Made by a program: the position numbers and the translations under genes. DNA of 64,000 nucleotides, taken from positions 74,626-138,625 of the forward strand of contig JACPXM010000020.1 of assembly GCA_016196545.1 (NCBI GenBank), given 5' to 3'. How positions within the stretch are numbered: the stretch's first letter is position 1; the number at the start of each line of letters is the position of its first letter. Positions 28,240 to 39,800 of this stretch are shown here, in pieces. The notes under the pieces were generated by a model. That model was not told the DNA's origin and did no database searches. It worked only from the letters and a program-made list of their open reading frames with translations. Source of the stretch: Candidatus Omnitrophota bacterium. GTDB lineage: Bacteria; Omnitrophota; Omnitrophia; Omnitrophales; Aquincolibacteriaceae.

Positions 28240-28326
28240 GGAGGAGTGGCAGAGTGGTCGAATGCGGCGGTCTCGAAAACCGTTAGGGCCGTAAGGTCCT
28301 CGCAGGTTCGAATCCTGCCTCCTCCG
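28240..28326 (+). tRNA. tRNA-Ser (anticodon CGA)
   Basis: Acceptor stem GGAGGAG/CTCCTCC plus discriminator G. Anticodon loop CTCGAAA. Long variable arm (class II). T-arm GCAGGTTCGAATCCTGC. CCA is not encoded. Confidence 0.93.
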
Positions 28327-28351
28327 TAACCTGGAAGGATCCCATTAAACT

Positions 28352-29992
28352 ATGAGTTATCTTATTTTTGCGCGCAAATTCCGGCCGCAACATTTTGACG
28401 ATGTCGTGGGTCAGGAACCGATTATGACCACGCTCAAAAATTCCATTGAGCAGGAACGCGTCTCGCAGAATTTCATTTTTTCGGGGCCCCGCGGTGTGGG
28501 CAAAACTACGACCGCGCGAATTTTGGCGAAGGCCCTCAATTGTGCCAAGGGGCCGACGGTGAGCCCTTGCGGAAAATGCACGGCCTGCATGGAAATCACC
28601 CAGGGGAATTCTCTGGATGTCTTGGAAATTGACGGGGCCTCCAATCGCGGGATTGATGAGATACGGAATCTGCGCGAGACCGTCAAATTTAAGCCGGTGT
28701 CCGGCCGTTTAAAAATTTACATTATCGATGAAGTTCATATGCTTACCCCCGAGGCCTTCAACGCGCTTTTAACGACCCTGGAAGAGCCGCCCCCCCATGT
28801 AAAATTCATTTTTGCGACCACTGAGCTTCACAAGGTCCCGGCGACCATCCTTTCCCGCTGCCAGCGTTTTTCTTTTAAAAGGATAAAGACTCAGGAAATC
28901 GCCAAAAAACTGGAGGAAATTGCCAAAAAGGAAAAAATTTCCTGTGAAAAGGCGGCGCTCTTTTTGATGGCCAAGGCCGGTGACGGATCACTTCGCGATG
29001 CCGAGGGGCTTCTGGATCAAATGGCGAGTTTCGCGGAAGAGAAAATCAAGGAAGAGGATGTGCTCGCCGCCTTAGGGCTTGCCGCAGAGTCTTTGTATTT
29101 TGAGGTGCTCACCGCCATTCGCGAAAAAGATGTGCAGAAACTTTTCGAAATTACAGACGGACTTTATGATCAAGGGCGCGATATGGCGCAATTTGCCGCC
29201 GGCCTTCTGGAGTTTTTTCGCAATCTCCTACTCTTCCAATGCGCTCAGAAGCCGGAAGCATTTATTGATATGAGCGAAGAGGCGCTTGGCGAGTTAAAGA
29301 AACATAAAAGCGATTTTACGCGCGGTGAGCTTTTATTGGCCACTACCTTTTTGAATCAATTACAAAATCAAATCCGGCGGGCCTTGACATCCCCTAAGAT
29401 GCTGGTTGAAATTGTGCTTTTGAAGCTGGTGCATTTGGAGGGTTTGAGGTCCGTGGAGGAATTGATAGCTCCGCCTGGCCGAGGGGGCATCGGGCCTGGG
29501 AAAGAAAAAAATCTAAAGGATGCAGGCTTCCAACGGGAATCGGAACCTATTGGGATTTCTCAGGCCAGCCCGTCGGCTTCATCCAATTCAAATTCCAAGC
29601 CCCAGGCTCCAAACCCCGGGCAACAGTCTTCCGTCTCTTCCTCATGGCCTCAGATTATTGAATATGTCAAAACCAAACGGATGTCTACCGGCATTTTTCT
29701 TTCTGAAGCCGAACCCGTGGAAGCAGGCGCCGGAGTTGCGACGCTGGGTCTTCCCTCAGAATTCGCTTTCCATAAAGACATGCTTGAGAAGGAAGTGAAT
29801 CGCCGATTGGTGGAAGAGGCCTTTGAGACTGTCTTGGGCCAGAAATGGCGAATTTCTTTTGTGGTGACTCAAACGGAGAGATCCGAAACTCCAGTTTCCG
29901 CTCCGGCCCCTGAAGAGGCCAAAGTTTCTGAAATTATTACCCAGGCCTTGAATATTTTTGAGGGCGCGAAAATTATTCGTAAGGAATCATGA
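28352..29992 (+). CDS. dnaX: DNA polymerase III subunit gamma/tau
   Basis: Walker A 'GPRGVGKTT', zinc module 'CGKCTAC', Walker B 'IIDEVHML', and 'ILSRCQRF'. Confidence 0.93.
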   Translation: MSYLIFARKFRPQHFDDVVGQEPIMTTLKNSIEQERVSQNFIFSGPRGVGKTTTARILAKALNCAKGPTVSPCGKCTACMEITQGNSLDVLEIDGASNRGIDEIRNLRETVKFKPVSGRLKIYIIDEVHMLTPEAFNALLTTLEEPPPHVKFIFATTELHKVPATILSRCQRFSFKRIKTQEIAKKLEEIAKKEKISCEKAALFLMAKAGDGSLRDAEGLLDQMASFAEEKIKEEDVLAALGLAAESLYFEVLTAIREKDVQKLFEITDGLYDQGRDMAQFAAGLLEFFRNLLLFQCAQKPEAFIDMSEEALGELKKHKSDFTRGELLLATTFLNQLQNQIRRALTSPKMLVEIVLLKLVHLEGLRSVEELIAPPGRGGIGPGKEKNLKDAGFQRESEPIGISQASPSASSNSNSKPQAPNPGQQSSVSSSWPQIIEYVKTKRMSTGIFLSEAEPVEAGAGVATLGLPSEFAFHKDMLEKEVNRRLVEEAFETVLGQKWRISFVVTQTERSETPVSAPAPEEAKVSEIITQALNIFEGAKIIRKES

Positions 29993-30588
29993 AACGCTAC
30001 GCGGATTGGATGCAGCAGCTGGTGGAGGCCCTGAGCCGTCTTCCGGGCATCGGGAAGCGTTCCGCCGAGCGCATCGTATTTTATCTTTTGAAATCCAAAA
30101 AAGACGAGGTCCTCGAACTTTCTTCACTGATTCGCTCAGTGAAGGAAAATGTTTTTTTCTGCGAGATTTGCCACAACTTTGCCGACAGCAAAATTTGCTA
30201 CATTTGTTCCGATCCCGCCCGTGACCACGGACTTATCTGTGTGGTGGAAGATCCCAAGGACGTCATTTCCATCGAAAAGACAGGAAGCTTTGTCGGTATT
30301 TATCACGTGCTCTTGGGGGCCCTCTCGGCGCTTGAAGGTGTGGGGCCGGAAGATATTCGTATTCACGATTTGGTCCAACGCATAAAAAAAGACAGAGTTC
30401 GCGAGGTCATTTTGGCTACCAATCCCAATACCGAAGGAGAGACTACGGCCCTTTATCTTTCCAAATTATTGAGGCCCCTCAAGGTCAAGGTGTCCCGCAT
30501 TGCCCGCGGCATTCCGGTCGGAAGCCACATTGAATATACCGACCAGGCTACGCTTTCCCGCGCTCTTGAGGACCGCCTGCCAGTGTGA
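29989..30588 (+). CDS. recR: recombination protein RecR
   Basis: ATGA overlap with dnaX. C4 zinc finger 'CEICHNFADSKICYICSD'. Toprim region 'ICVVEDPKDV...ILATNPNTEGE'. Confidence 0.93.
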   Translation: MKRYADWMQQLVEALSRLPGIGKRSAERIVFYLLKSKKDEVLELSSLIRSVKENVFFCEICHNFADSKICYICSDPARDHGLICVVEDPKDVISIEKTGSFVGIYHVLLGALSALEGVGPEDIRIHDLVQRIKKDRVREVILATNPNTEGETTALYLSKLLRPLKVKVSRIARGIPVGSHIEYTDQATLSRALEDRLPV

Positions 30589-30778
30589 TGGCCCGCTCGA
30601 GATTGTACGACATGTCGCACAATATATGTGACATTGCGACCGGCAAAATAAAAGAAGCGGCTATTGCAAAATGGAAGCAGAACCCTTGTTTACCGTATAA
30701 ATAATAGAAACAACCGTGATCAATTCAAATCATTTTTTAGCTTGTTATCGGTTTGTCTAAAACTGTTCGCACGTTACA

Positions 30779-30807
30779 TTGACATTACAGAGCGAGTATG
30801 TTATTTT
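30779..30807 (+). promoter_or_regulatory. extended -10 sigma70-type promoter inside the 5' end of the long ORF
   Basis: TTGACA (30779-30784), a 17-nt spacer ending in TGt, then TATTTT (30802-30807). If used, translation must begin downstream, at TTG 30817 or GTG 30877. Confidence 0.45.
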
Positions 30808-30876
30808 TTTTCCAATTTGAACCTTGTTTCTCTTTCCATCATCAAGAATCAGCCTAGGTTAAAGAGAAATTTTTTT

Positions 30877-33800
30877 GTGTCTTTATTTAAAGGTTTCACA
30901 AAGACCTTCATTCACCGATTCGTAGCCCTTTTGACGGCGGTTTTGTTCTCGTGCAATTCCCTTGTCTATTCCTCCGCCGTTTCCTTTCCTACAACTGAAA
31001 ATTCAGCCCTTTTTCTTAAAACTCCTGATGTGCCTTCTTCTCTTGGGAGTGTCGATGCGCTTTATCTTCCCCCCACTCCTAGCTCATTCCAGCCTTTCAT
31101 TTTAATTCAGGACGCCCATGCTCATCGCGAGGCCCAGGCGAACATTCACGGTCTATTGAATCACTTGGCCAAACAACAGGTTGTCCACGCAGTTACCGCA
31201 GAAGCCGCTTCAGGAAAAATAAATCCCCATATCTTCGATTTCTTTAAAGATTCTAAACTCAACCGCGCCGTGATTGATGGCCTGGCTGCCAAAGGCGAAC
31301 TCACCGGCGCGGAACTTTTTGCTTTGACATCTTCCCATAAAATCCCGGTCTATGGCATTGAAGATGAAGATTTATATACCGCGAGTTTTCGGTTTTTTTA
31401 TGACATCAAACAAAAACAAAAATCGAATGAAAGTATTCTTCAATCTTACCGCGGCGCGCTTTTTGATTTGGAAAAAAGGTTTTTCAACAAGGATTTAAAC
31501 CACCTTGTTCAAAAAAAGCGAGATTGGGAAGAGCGAAGGGACGAAGATCTCGATTATTTCCACGTCTTGAAAAGTTTTTCTGAAAAATATCTCAGGCTTG
31601 ATCTCTCGGACGTCCGTCATCAATTTGATTGGCCAAACTTGACGCGTTTGTTCAAAGTTGAGGAGCTGGAACAGGGAGTCCAAGGAGAAGAAACAAAAAA
31701 AGACATCGAGGTGCTCCTAAAAGAGATCGAAAAACGAGTGTACGCGCCCAAAATGAAGCGCTTTCTTTCCAAGGGATTGCGTCAGATCGAAGAGATTTCA
31801 AATCCGCGCAAATTTTTTGAAACCCTTTATGAAGAAAGCCGGCGCGCAGAAATCGTATGGGTCAATTATCCCCATTTTCTAAAATGGGCGGGGACGGTCA
31901 TTCTCCGCTCCGAGATCCAGATTCAGGGAGTGGAAAAAGAAAGGGCCAAACTGGAAGCGCGTTTATTCCGAAGATTGTCCCGCCCTGAAAAAGAAAAAAA
32001 GATTTTGGCTTTGGGCCACGATCTGGATCTTTTAAAGAGATTTTTTTCACTCGAGCTCAGTCGAGAGGATTATCACCATTATTCTAAAATCAAAAAGCGA
32101 TTGATGCCTAAAACCTTTCAGGTCCGCTTTCGTGAATTGAACCACAATTTGGAGCACCTTCCTCGGAAAACTTGGAAAGATGCAGCGCGCTTTTATCATT
32201 TAACCCTCGGGCGCGACCGCGCCTTAGTTGAAAATGCCTTGAAGATTTCTTCCTCATCTCATCAAGCCACGGTTCTTATCGCCGGCGGGTTTCACACGCC
32301 CGGTCTTGAAAAACAGCTTCGAGAAAAACAAATTCCCTATGCCGTCATTAGCCCGCGCATTCAAAATTTTGAAGACGACGGTTTTTATGAAAAGGTGATG
32401 TTGGGACAAAATACCCTCGGCGCCTGGCTTTTGACGCGGCTTGAAGCCTTACCTCCCGGCAACCTTCGAGCAAGACGCCAGGCCGTACTTTCAGAGGCCC
32501 TTTCGAAGGTCTCCCGATCCGAAATGAGAGAAGGAGTCCGTTCTTTTATCACAACCGGCTTGGCACCTCATGAAGAACTCGAGGTGCTTCGACAATTTCG
32601 AAAACAGATCGAACGAAACGATTTCCCGCTGCTGGTCATTTTTTCCGATCATCACGGGACCATTGAAAAATTAGACGCCTACATCCTCGATGCCATGCGC
32701 CGCGCCCTGCCGGACAAAGTGCCGGAATTTACATTGGATCGCCAAGAAGCCGACAAAAATCCGGAAAAGAAATTTTGGGATGTAAATGGATCTTTGGAAG
32801 AACAACTTTCATATCATGGGATAAGCCTGAATGACGACTTCGACGGAAAACTCTTTTTCGAAAATCTTGGGGATTTTATGGACCGGGGCCCAAAAGGCAT
32901 TCGTGTTTTCGAACGATCGATGGAGCTGCGCGATGCCGGTCTTTCAGAAATCGTTCTCGGAAATCATGATATTTACATCATGTTAAATCTCATGGGATTT
33001 CATCTGCCATGGTATGAAGGTTATAACTTTTATGGCTATTCGGATGTCTATGACAATAAATACGGTAATATCCAAGAGCAGGTGAGGCACTTTCGGGAAA
33101 CCCATCGCGAGACGCGTACCGCCGAGTGGTGGGCAGAGCGCCTGGCGGAATTTCGCGCTTTTCATGATCAACAGCAGAAAACATTGTGGAAGCCTTTGAA
33201 CATTTTGGTCAATGGTTGGAACGAATCCCTGGAAGAGAAAATGCCTGGGAAAGGTCTTTTCGCCCAAGTTTCAGCGAGTCTCATTACTCCCAAACAAAAA
33301 GACCTTTGGAATAAATTCCGCGGCTGGAACCTTGTTGACGTGTATACGGGCGTCAGAGCCGTTGGGGTTGTTTCCGTCCAGTGGTGGGAAAACCTTCTGG
33401 AAGATTTTGAAGAGTCGTTTACAGAAATACAAAAGCATCCTGATTATCAAGAGAACCGTCCGGCCAACCAAGCGTGGACACAAGCTATTTCTATAATGAA
33501 AAATCAAATTATTCCCCGTTTAAAACAGGATCTTCAAGGGCATCTCGAACGAGGGGAGTGGTGGTGGCGAGCTTTTGAAGCCATCCATGCCCAAAATTAC
33601 ACCTCTGCTGAATGGTTAATCATGGATTGGCTCTTTCATCCCGGCTGGGGGCCTACGGTCTTGGCCGAACTCAATGAGAGAATTAAAGACGACTCCCTAA
33701 AAGTGACGCCCGCCAATTATTTGAAAAATTCTATCTTAAAAATGATCGGGCAAACTTATCGCAATGTCTTCAAACTTCATTTGCGGGATATTTATCAAAA

Positions 33801-36800
33801 TCACGCCACGCATGCCTTTTTGCCGATCGACATGAAGACGGGCGAATTTTATTTTAAGTACCAAGGCGTTGAGTATCGCGCAAAGGGGGACTCCAATCAT
33901 CCTTCGGTATGGCAGGGGTTAAATGTCTTGGCTCAGCACATTCGTGACCCTAAACGTTCGATGAAAGAAAATTATGAGGCCCTTATTTTAATCATGAGCT
34001 GGTATTCGGATAACAACCCCATTCTCAAACCGCCGCGCGTTACTGAAGCGATCAATCAATTCGGTCCGGAGGATTTGGCGCAGGTGAATGGTTTTAATCG
34101 TTTATTTTTTGGACATATTCCTTTTCATGAATTCTATAAACTTGGCCAGGAAAAATTGGGAATCATTAGCGGCTATCAAACCGGTGGTCGGATTTTTGAT
34201 ACCGATCATGGTGCAGGCGTTAAATTCGGCGGACGCGGTGCCTTCGTTCGTGTTCAAGATGAAGTTGTCCTTCGCGGATTTGAGCATGAACGTGCCAATG
34301 GCATTAAAGATAATCCTTCTACTGTGCGGACAGTCGATGGGCCAAACGGACAAATTTCTGAGGAGGTATTATTTAGAAATCCGGGGATAAATCACGACGA
34401 TTTTTTGCCGGAATTAAGGCGCAATCTTGAAACGCGCATCACAGAACTGGAACAGCCCGTGCGTTCAGAAGTTCGAGATGAAATCCCTGCTTATATTGTC
34501 GACTTTTTAGAAAAGGAGCTCGGAATATCAGTTCAGAATCTTTCTGCAGATCAGAAAACAACGCTTGAAAAACATGTTTCCTTCTTCTCGAGTTTGAATA
34601 ACTTTCGATTTTATCCGCGTCGGGAGGTCTTTAAGCAACTTTTAGAATCTTCGAATTTTTCTATTCTGGATTCTTCTGAGAAATTCGCGACGGCAATGCT
34701 GGACAAGGGCATCTTCGATCGAGATCCGGATTCGGACATCAACGCCTATCTTCTTGGAAGCCTTCAAAAAATTTTTTCTTCCTTCCGGCCAAATAAAACT
34801 CTTTCAGAAAAAACTTTGGCGATTGGGGAAGACATGCTTAAGCATGATAGGAATTATGCCACTCAAATTTATACGGCTGAACTTTTGGGAAGTTTGGAGC
34901 CCACAGAAAAAATCATTGAAGCGCTTTTGCGCCTGGCTTCTCCCGGCATGAATAACGGCATCCGGGATAAGGCCTTCTTCAGCATGAAAGGCAATGGGAA
35001 TCGAGTGGCACCCTATTTAATTAAGCGCATCGGGATGACGGCCGATCGCCGCTCGCGCGATTATTACGTCTCTTTACTTGAAAAGGTGACGGAACCCAGC
35101 TTTCAAACTCTCGTCTGGTTTCTGGCGGGGCATCAAGATACGGCAGAAAAACTAAATGCAATTATAGAAAGTGAACCGATTGGTTTTCAGCAATGGGTTT
35201 CCTCGGCCCTTTTTATGGTTCGAGGGACGCCGAGCATTAGGCAAACTATGGATGAGCGCATCCGTCATTTGGACCTGTTCAAGGCATTTTTGGGCCGGGA
35301 AACCTTTCTGAATCTCATTCGGTTTTGGGGTTTTTCAATGGTCTCTCACTGGGCTCAAATGAAGAATGACGAATCCCAAAAAGAACTTTTTCAAATTCTT
35401 GCCGGTCTTGAACGTAAAGACCCCGCTCAATCTTCGCTTGCAGAGCTGATTCATCTTGTTCGCGCTCATCCTGAAAAATTGCGCGCCTTGCTTCTTTTGA
35501 TTACTTCCGGACATGGTTTTGATTCTGTCGGTGTTCGCGAATTGCTGGATTTAATTATTCAGAACCCCGCTCAGTCCACAGAATTAATGGCCTTTTTGAT
35601 TACTTTGCTCAGGCTTCAGCCAGTGAGTTTTAAGGAAGAGGAATTCGTTCAGGAATGGATTTCTAAATTGCTGCATAGCCCTATTGAGCCCGTCTATTAC
35701 CTTGCTCGCAAGCTGGCCATGAGCATTCCCCACCCCACGAATACCAATCCTGTGTTAGAGCAAAACATCCGGAAATTTTCAGCCGAGTTGGACGATGCCG
35801 GAAAGAATGAAAACAGACTTTTCCGTTACATTCGTCTCGAACTTCACCGCTCGCCTTCAACCGACGATCTGGATTTGGTGGCGACCATTCTCGACGTTTT
35901 GATCCGTCTACAACACCCCCATCGAGCCATGCGAATTAAAGAATCCGAGATTGACGATTATTTAGGTCATCTGGTTCGCGCGGAAGCAAAAAAAGAAGTT
36001 TATCAGGCCCTCGTTTCGCCACTTTCCCAAGGCGTTGGGCAAATTCTTAATCAGGAATTTTTGAAGGCATCGGAAAAGACGTCTTGGAGGGATTATTTCC
36101 TTGCACATGTTCCCGATTGGGAGGCGAGCCCAAGCGATGAAGCATCGCAGCCTTATTATTATGCCAAGCTCTTGATTCAGGTGCTTCAGGCCGTCCATGC
36201 TCGATATGCCTTGAATATTGAAAGGATCGCTCAAAATCTTCCTAGCGCCGTTCGTGAAAAAATCGAGCAAGGTGAAATCCTTCCTGCACTCATTGATTTA
36301 AATGAAACACGGGAAGCCAATAAAAGAATGCTTTTGGTTGCGTCTACGCTTGACCCCATAAAGGAATATTACATCAAGCGTCACCAGGCAACCGATGAAT
36401 GGGGATTTTTGGCTTATGGTTTTTATGGAAATTATAAAGAAGAGAAATTTGACCTTTTTGAACAGGACAGGCTGATTCAGACCTACACGGAAATCCTTCA
36501 AGATCGATATCTGACAAAAGAGATTCCAAAAAAAATTGAGGAAATTAGAAAGTGGGCCGAGGCTCAGAAGACGAACGGCATTCCCGAGGAATCTCCATTG
36601 CGCTCAAAGGAGCAGGTGGATCAAGCGATCCGTATCCCGTTGCAAGAGATCCTGGAAGGCCTTTATTGGTTGGTTGATGAAATGGATACAGAAGGCTTGC
36701 TTAATCAAAAGCTCGTTTCTCTCAATCGAGTTTTGCGGACAGAAAATTTTGACCTTCAGCAGGTCACCAATATTCTGACGATGATGCAAGATGAAGCCAC

Positions 36801-39800
36801 CCGACTTTATGATTTTTTTAATTTTAATTTTTCCACATTCCCGGAACATCTTGCCTTAAGTTTAGGGCGCGATCGCATCAATCCTCGTTTTTTAAAGCCT
36901 GGAGACGAGAAAAAAACAGACGAAGAATGGGCAAAGCGCGTCCGCGAAACCTTTCTCGGTGACCTTTGGGCCGATGAGCGGAAAATTTTTTACTTCAATT
37001 CGTATCTTAGTCAGCTTAGACAACTCCTGGTCGAAGGCTTATATCCTTGGAGATTTAAGTATATCCGGTTGGCCAAGGCGGCGTTGCCACTTGATCTGAT
37101 TACCGAAGAAAACGTTGATCAGCAGGGCGTCTCTGCCGTGCGAACCGGCACGAAAGCCCACGAGCTTTTTTGGCTGCGCAAAAAAGGATTACCCATTCCG
37201 CCCCTGGTGGTTCTGCCCATCGACTTGCCTGACCGCGTTAAGATTGATCCCACCAATCCTATTTTTAGGCAAAAAGTTTTGGACGCTATTCTTCATTTGG
37301 AAAAGGCCTCGGGCAAAATATTCCCGTTTCATCTCTCTGCTTTAAATGAAGAAGAAGAAAAGAAAGTGCGAGAATTTCGCGCTGCAAACCAAATTGAACC
37401 TTCCGGGCCAATGCTGAATTTTTCAACGCGTAGCGGGTCTCTAGAATCGATGCCGGGCATGATGGATACGATTTTAGACCTGCCCTTTAATGATCAAATT
37501 GTTGAAGAGCTTGTCAGTAAAGATGAAGACTTGCATTTCGTTTTGGACACGTACCGGCGTTTTTTAGCCTCTTTTGGAGCGGCTCATTATGGCATGGATC
37601 GCCGCGCTTTTTCTGACATCATCGATGCCATGAAACAGGAAGTGACCAACCGCAAAGCAAAAAAATCAGAAATCACGATCGCGGAGTTTGAGGTTGAAGA
37701 TTTACAAAAAGTTGTAAATAAATTTAAGCAATACATCAGTGTGAGACATGCTGATTTTTTAAAAATAGATCCTTTCTCGCAGGTGACGCATGCTGTCAAA
37801 GCCATTTATGATTCTTGGGAAAGTGAAGGGGCTAAAGAATTTCGAGAGAAATTTGGCCTTTCGCCACGCTGGAGAACGGGCGTTACGCTTCAAGCCATGG
37901 TATTCGGTAACGCAGGTTTGGATTCCGGAACAGGCGTTATTTTTTCTAGCGATCCTGAATCCGAAATCTACAGTCCTTATGGAACATGGAAATGGAATTC
38001 TCAAGGAGAGGATGTGGTGGGAGGGTTGGTAGGGATTTTTCAACCCCTTAACAAGCTTCATGGAGAAAATAGCATCGAAGTGGTTCATTCTGAATTTTTT
38101 GATGAAATTACGGACATTGCCCGAGCCATTCAAAGATTAGGAAAAGTTCCTCAGGATATAGAAATCACAAGAGAGCAGGGGAAAAATTGGGTTCTTCAAA
38201 CCCGCGCTTTAGTCAATACGGGACACGGAATTAAGAAAACCATTCGACTTGATAAACTGCCGGAAGGAAGCGTTGCCAAGGTCGCCAGTCAAGGCGTCCC
38301 CGTGTCGCCTAACGCAGCGGTAGGAAGATTGCTGGATGCTCGAAATATGACAGGTCTAGAGCTCAGGTCTGAAGTGAATAAGTTAAGGAAATGGATGAAT
38401 GATCATGGAGAGGAAACGTTGGACATTATCCTTGCCTTTGACTACGTCACCGATCAAGACGCGGCAGAGAAATTATATCTAGAAAATGTCAAAGGCCTCA
38501 TTAACTCGAAAGTGGGAATCAGCACTCATGCCAGTTTGGTTGCAGGGCGCCTGGGGCTCGCGTATGTGAGCCAGGTCGACATTGTTTTTGCTTCCGAGGA
38601 TAAGGATGCGACGTTAGGGGGTAAGAAAATCGATTTTGGTATAAATAGTCCTATTATTAGCATCGATGGGTATTCGCCGTCAAAGAGTGAGACAAGCGGT
38701 CAGGTCCTATGGGGAGAACTGCCTTTTGATTATGCTGTGACCACTCCTTTGCCAGCAAATGGCAATGGAAACGGCCGCTCGGAGGTTCGCCCCCTTTCAT
38801 TCCCGGCGCGGGTGGCGATTAGTCTTGGGGCATACCGGATTAATAAAAAGGGAATAGTTTCGGATATTCTGGAATCCAATTTTGATGATTCTCTGGAAGT
38901 GGCAGTGAATACAGTGCACAATCGAATTTTCGATGCCTATTTGCGAGGTCTCATCGGCAATCCGAATATCTCTTTGACCGACCTTTACGGTGTTGAAAGT
39001 GTGGAACGTTTTTTCTCCTCTCTTCATAATCCTTTTCACGGCCGGTTCCCGGCGTCCTCTTTGAACTTGAAAGAAGAAAACGGTCAGGCCGTCCTGGAAA
39101 TTAATGGTCATGAAATCAGAATTCATGAACAGGTTCCCGAGTCCGCGACGTTGCGGCGATTTCAAACCGAAGTTCTAATCGATCTAAGTAATATGAATCT
39201 TACCGACGAGAACCCTGGCTTTCGGGCAGCGCGACTCAGAGAACTCCAAAAAGAGGCCGAGCTTAAACACGTCATTGATTTTCGAGGTGATGAAGACCCT
39301 ACAGAGGATCCCGATGCTTCTTATCATGCCTTGGTTTCTCCTTTGACGCTTGCCTCAGCCCACATTCTTCGTGTCGTGGAAAAGAAGTTTAATGGCGATT
39401 TCGATTTTGTCAGCGGTTTACTCGGCGCTCGGCCGATCACCGGCGATTCGGGAAAAATCAATTTTCGCAAATCAAGCCTGCTCGAATATGACATCGCTAA
39501 GGGAGCTGGAAGTGCCCTGTTGTCCCTCATTCCAAAGCAGGATTCCCGTTTTAAAGCAGTGGCCAAAGAACTTAAAGCTATTAAGTCCGACAAACATCTG
39601 ACGGATAAGGAAAAGGAGTCGAAAAGACAGAAGCTTATTTATCAAAGCGTGAACCAGCATTTTGAAAAAGCAGCGCAGGAAACTCCCGATATCCTGCGTT
39701 ACGCCGACGAGGAGCATTTGAGCTCTCTGCTCGTGATTCGGGATTCTCAAGTTGTCGTTTTTGATAGTCAAGCCACGGACATCCGTGAAAACGGACAGGT

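Noticed and set aside
29505-29511. A7 run in dnaX as a possible programmed -1 frameshift or slippage site producing gamma
   Set aside because: The heptamer in frame is A-AAA-AAT, not A-AAA-AAG. The -1 frame stays open for about 50 codons instead of stopping quickly. I see no downstream stem-loop.
29989-29992. Absence of the usual ybaB/ebfC gene between dnaX and recR
   Set aside because: This is a real observation (dnaX and recR overlap by ATGA). But ybaB may simply be elsewhere in the genome, which cannot be assessed from this window.
30618-30630. Third NrdR-like palindrome (CACAATATATGTG) between recR and the giant ORF
   Set aside because: It is a single box matching only about 8/10 of the core, with odd-length symmetry and no tandem partner at ~31 bp. 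Likely chance in an A/T-rich spacer.
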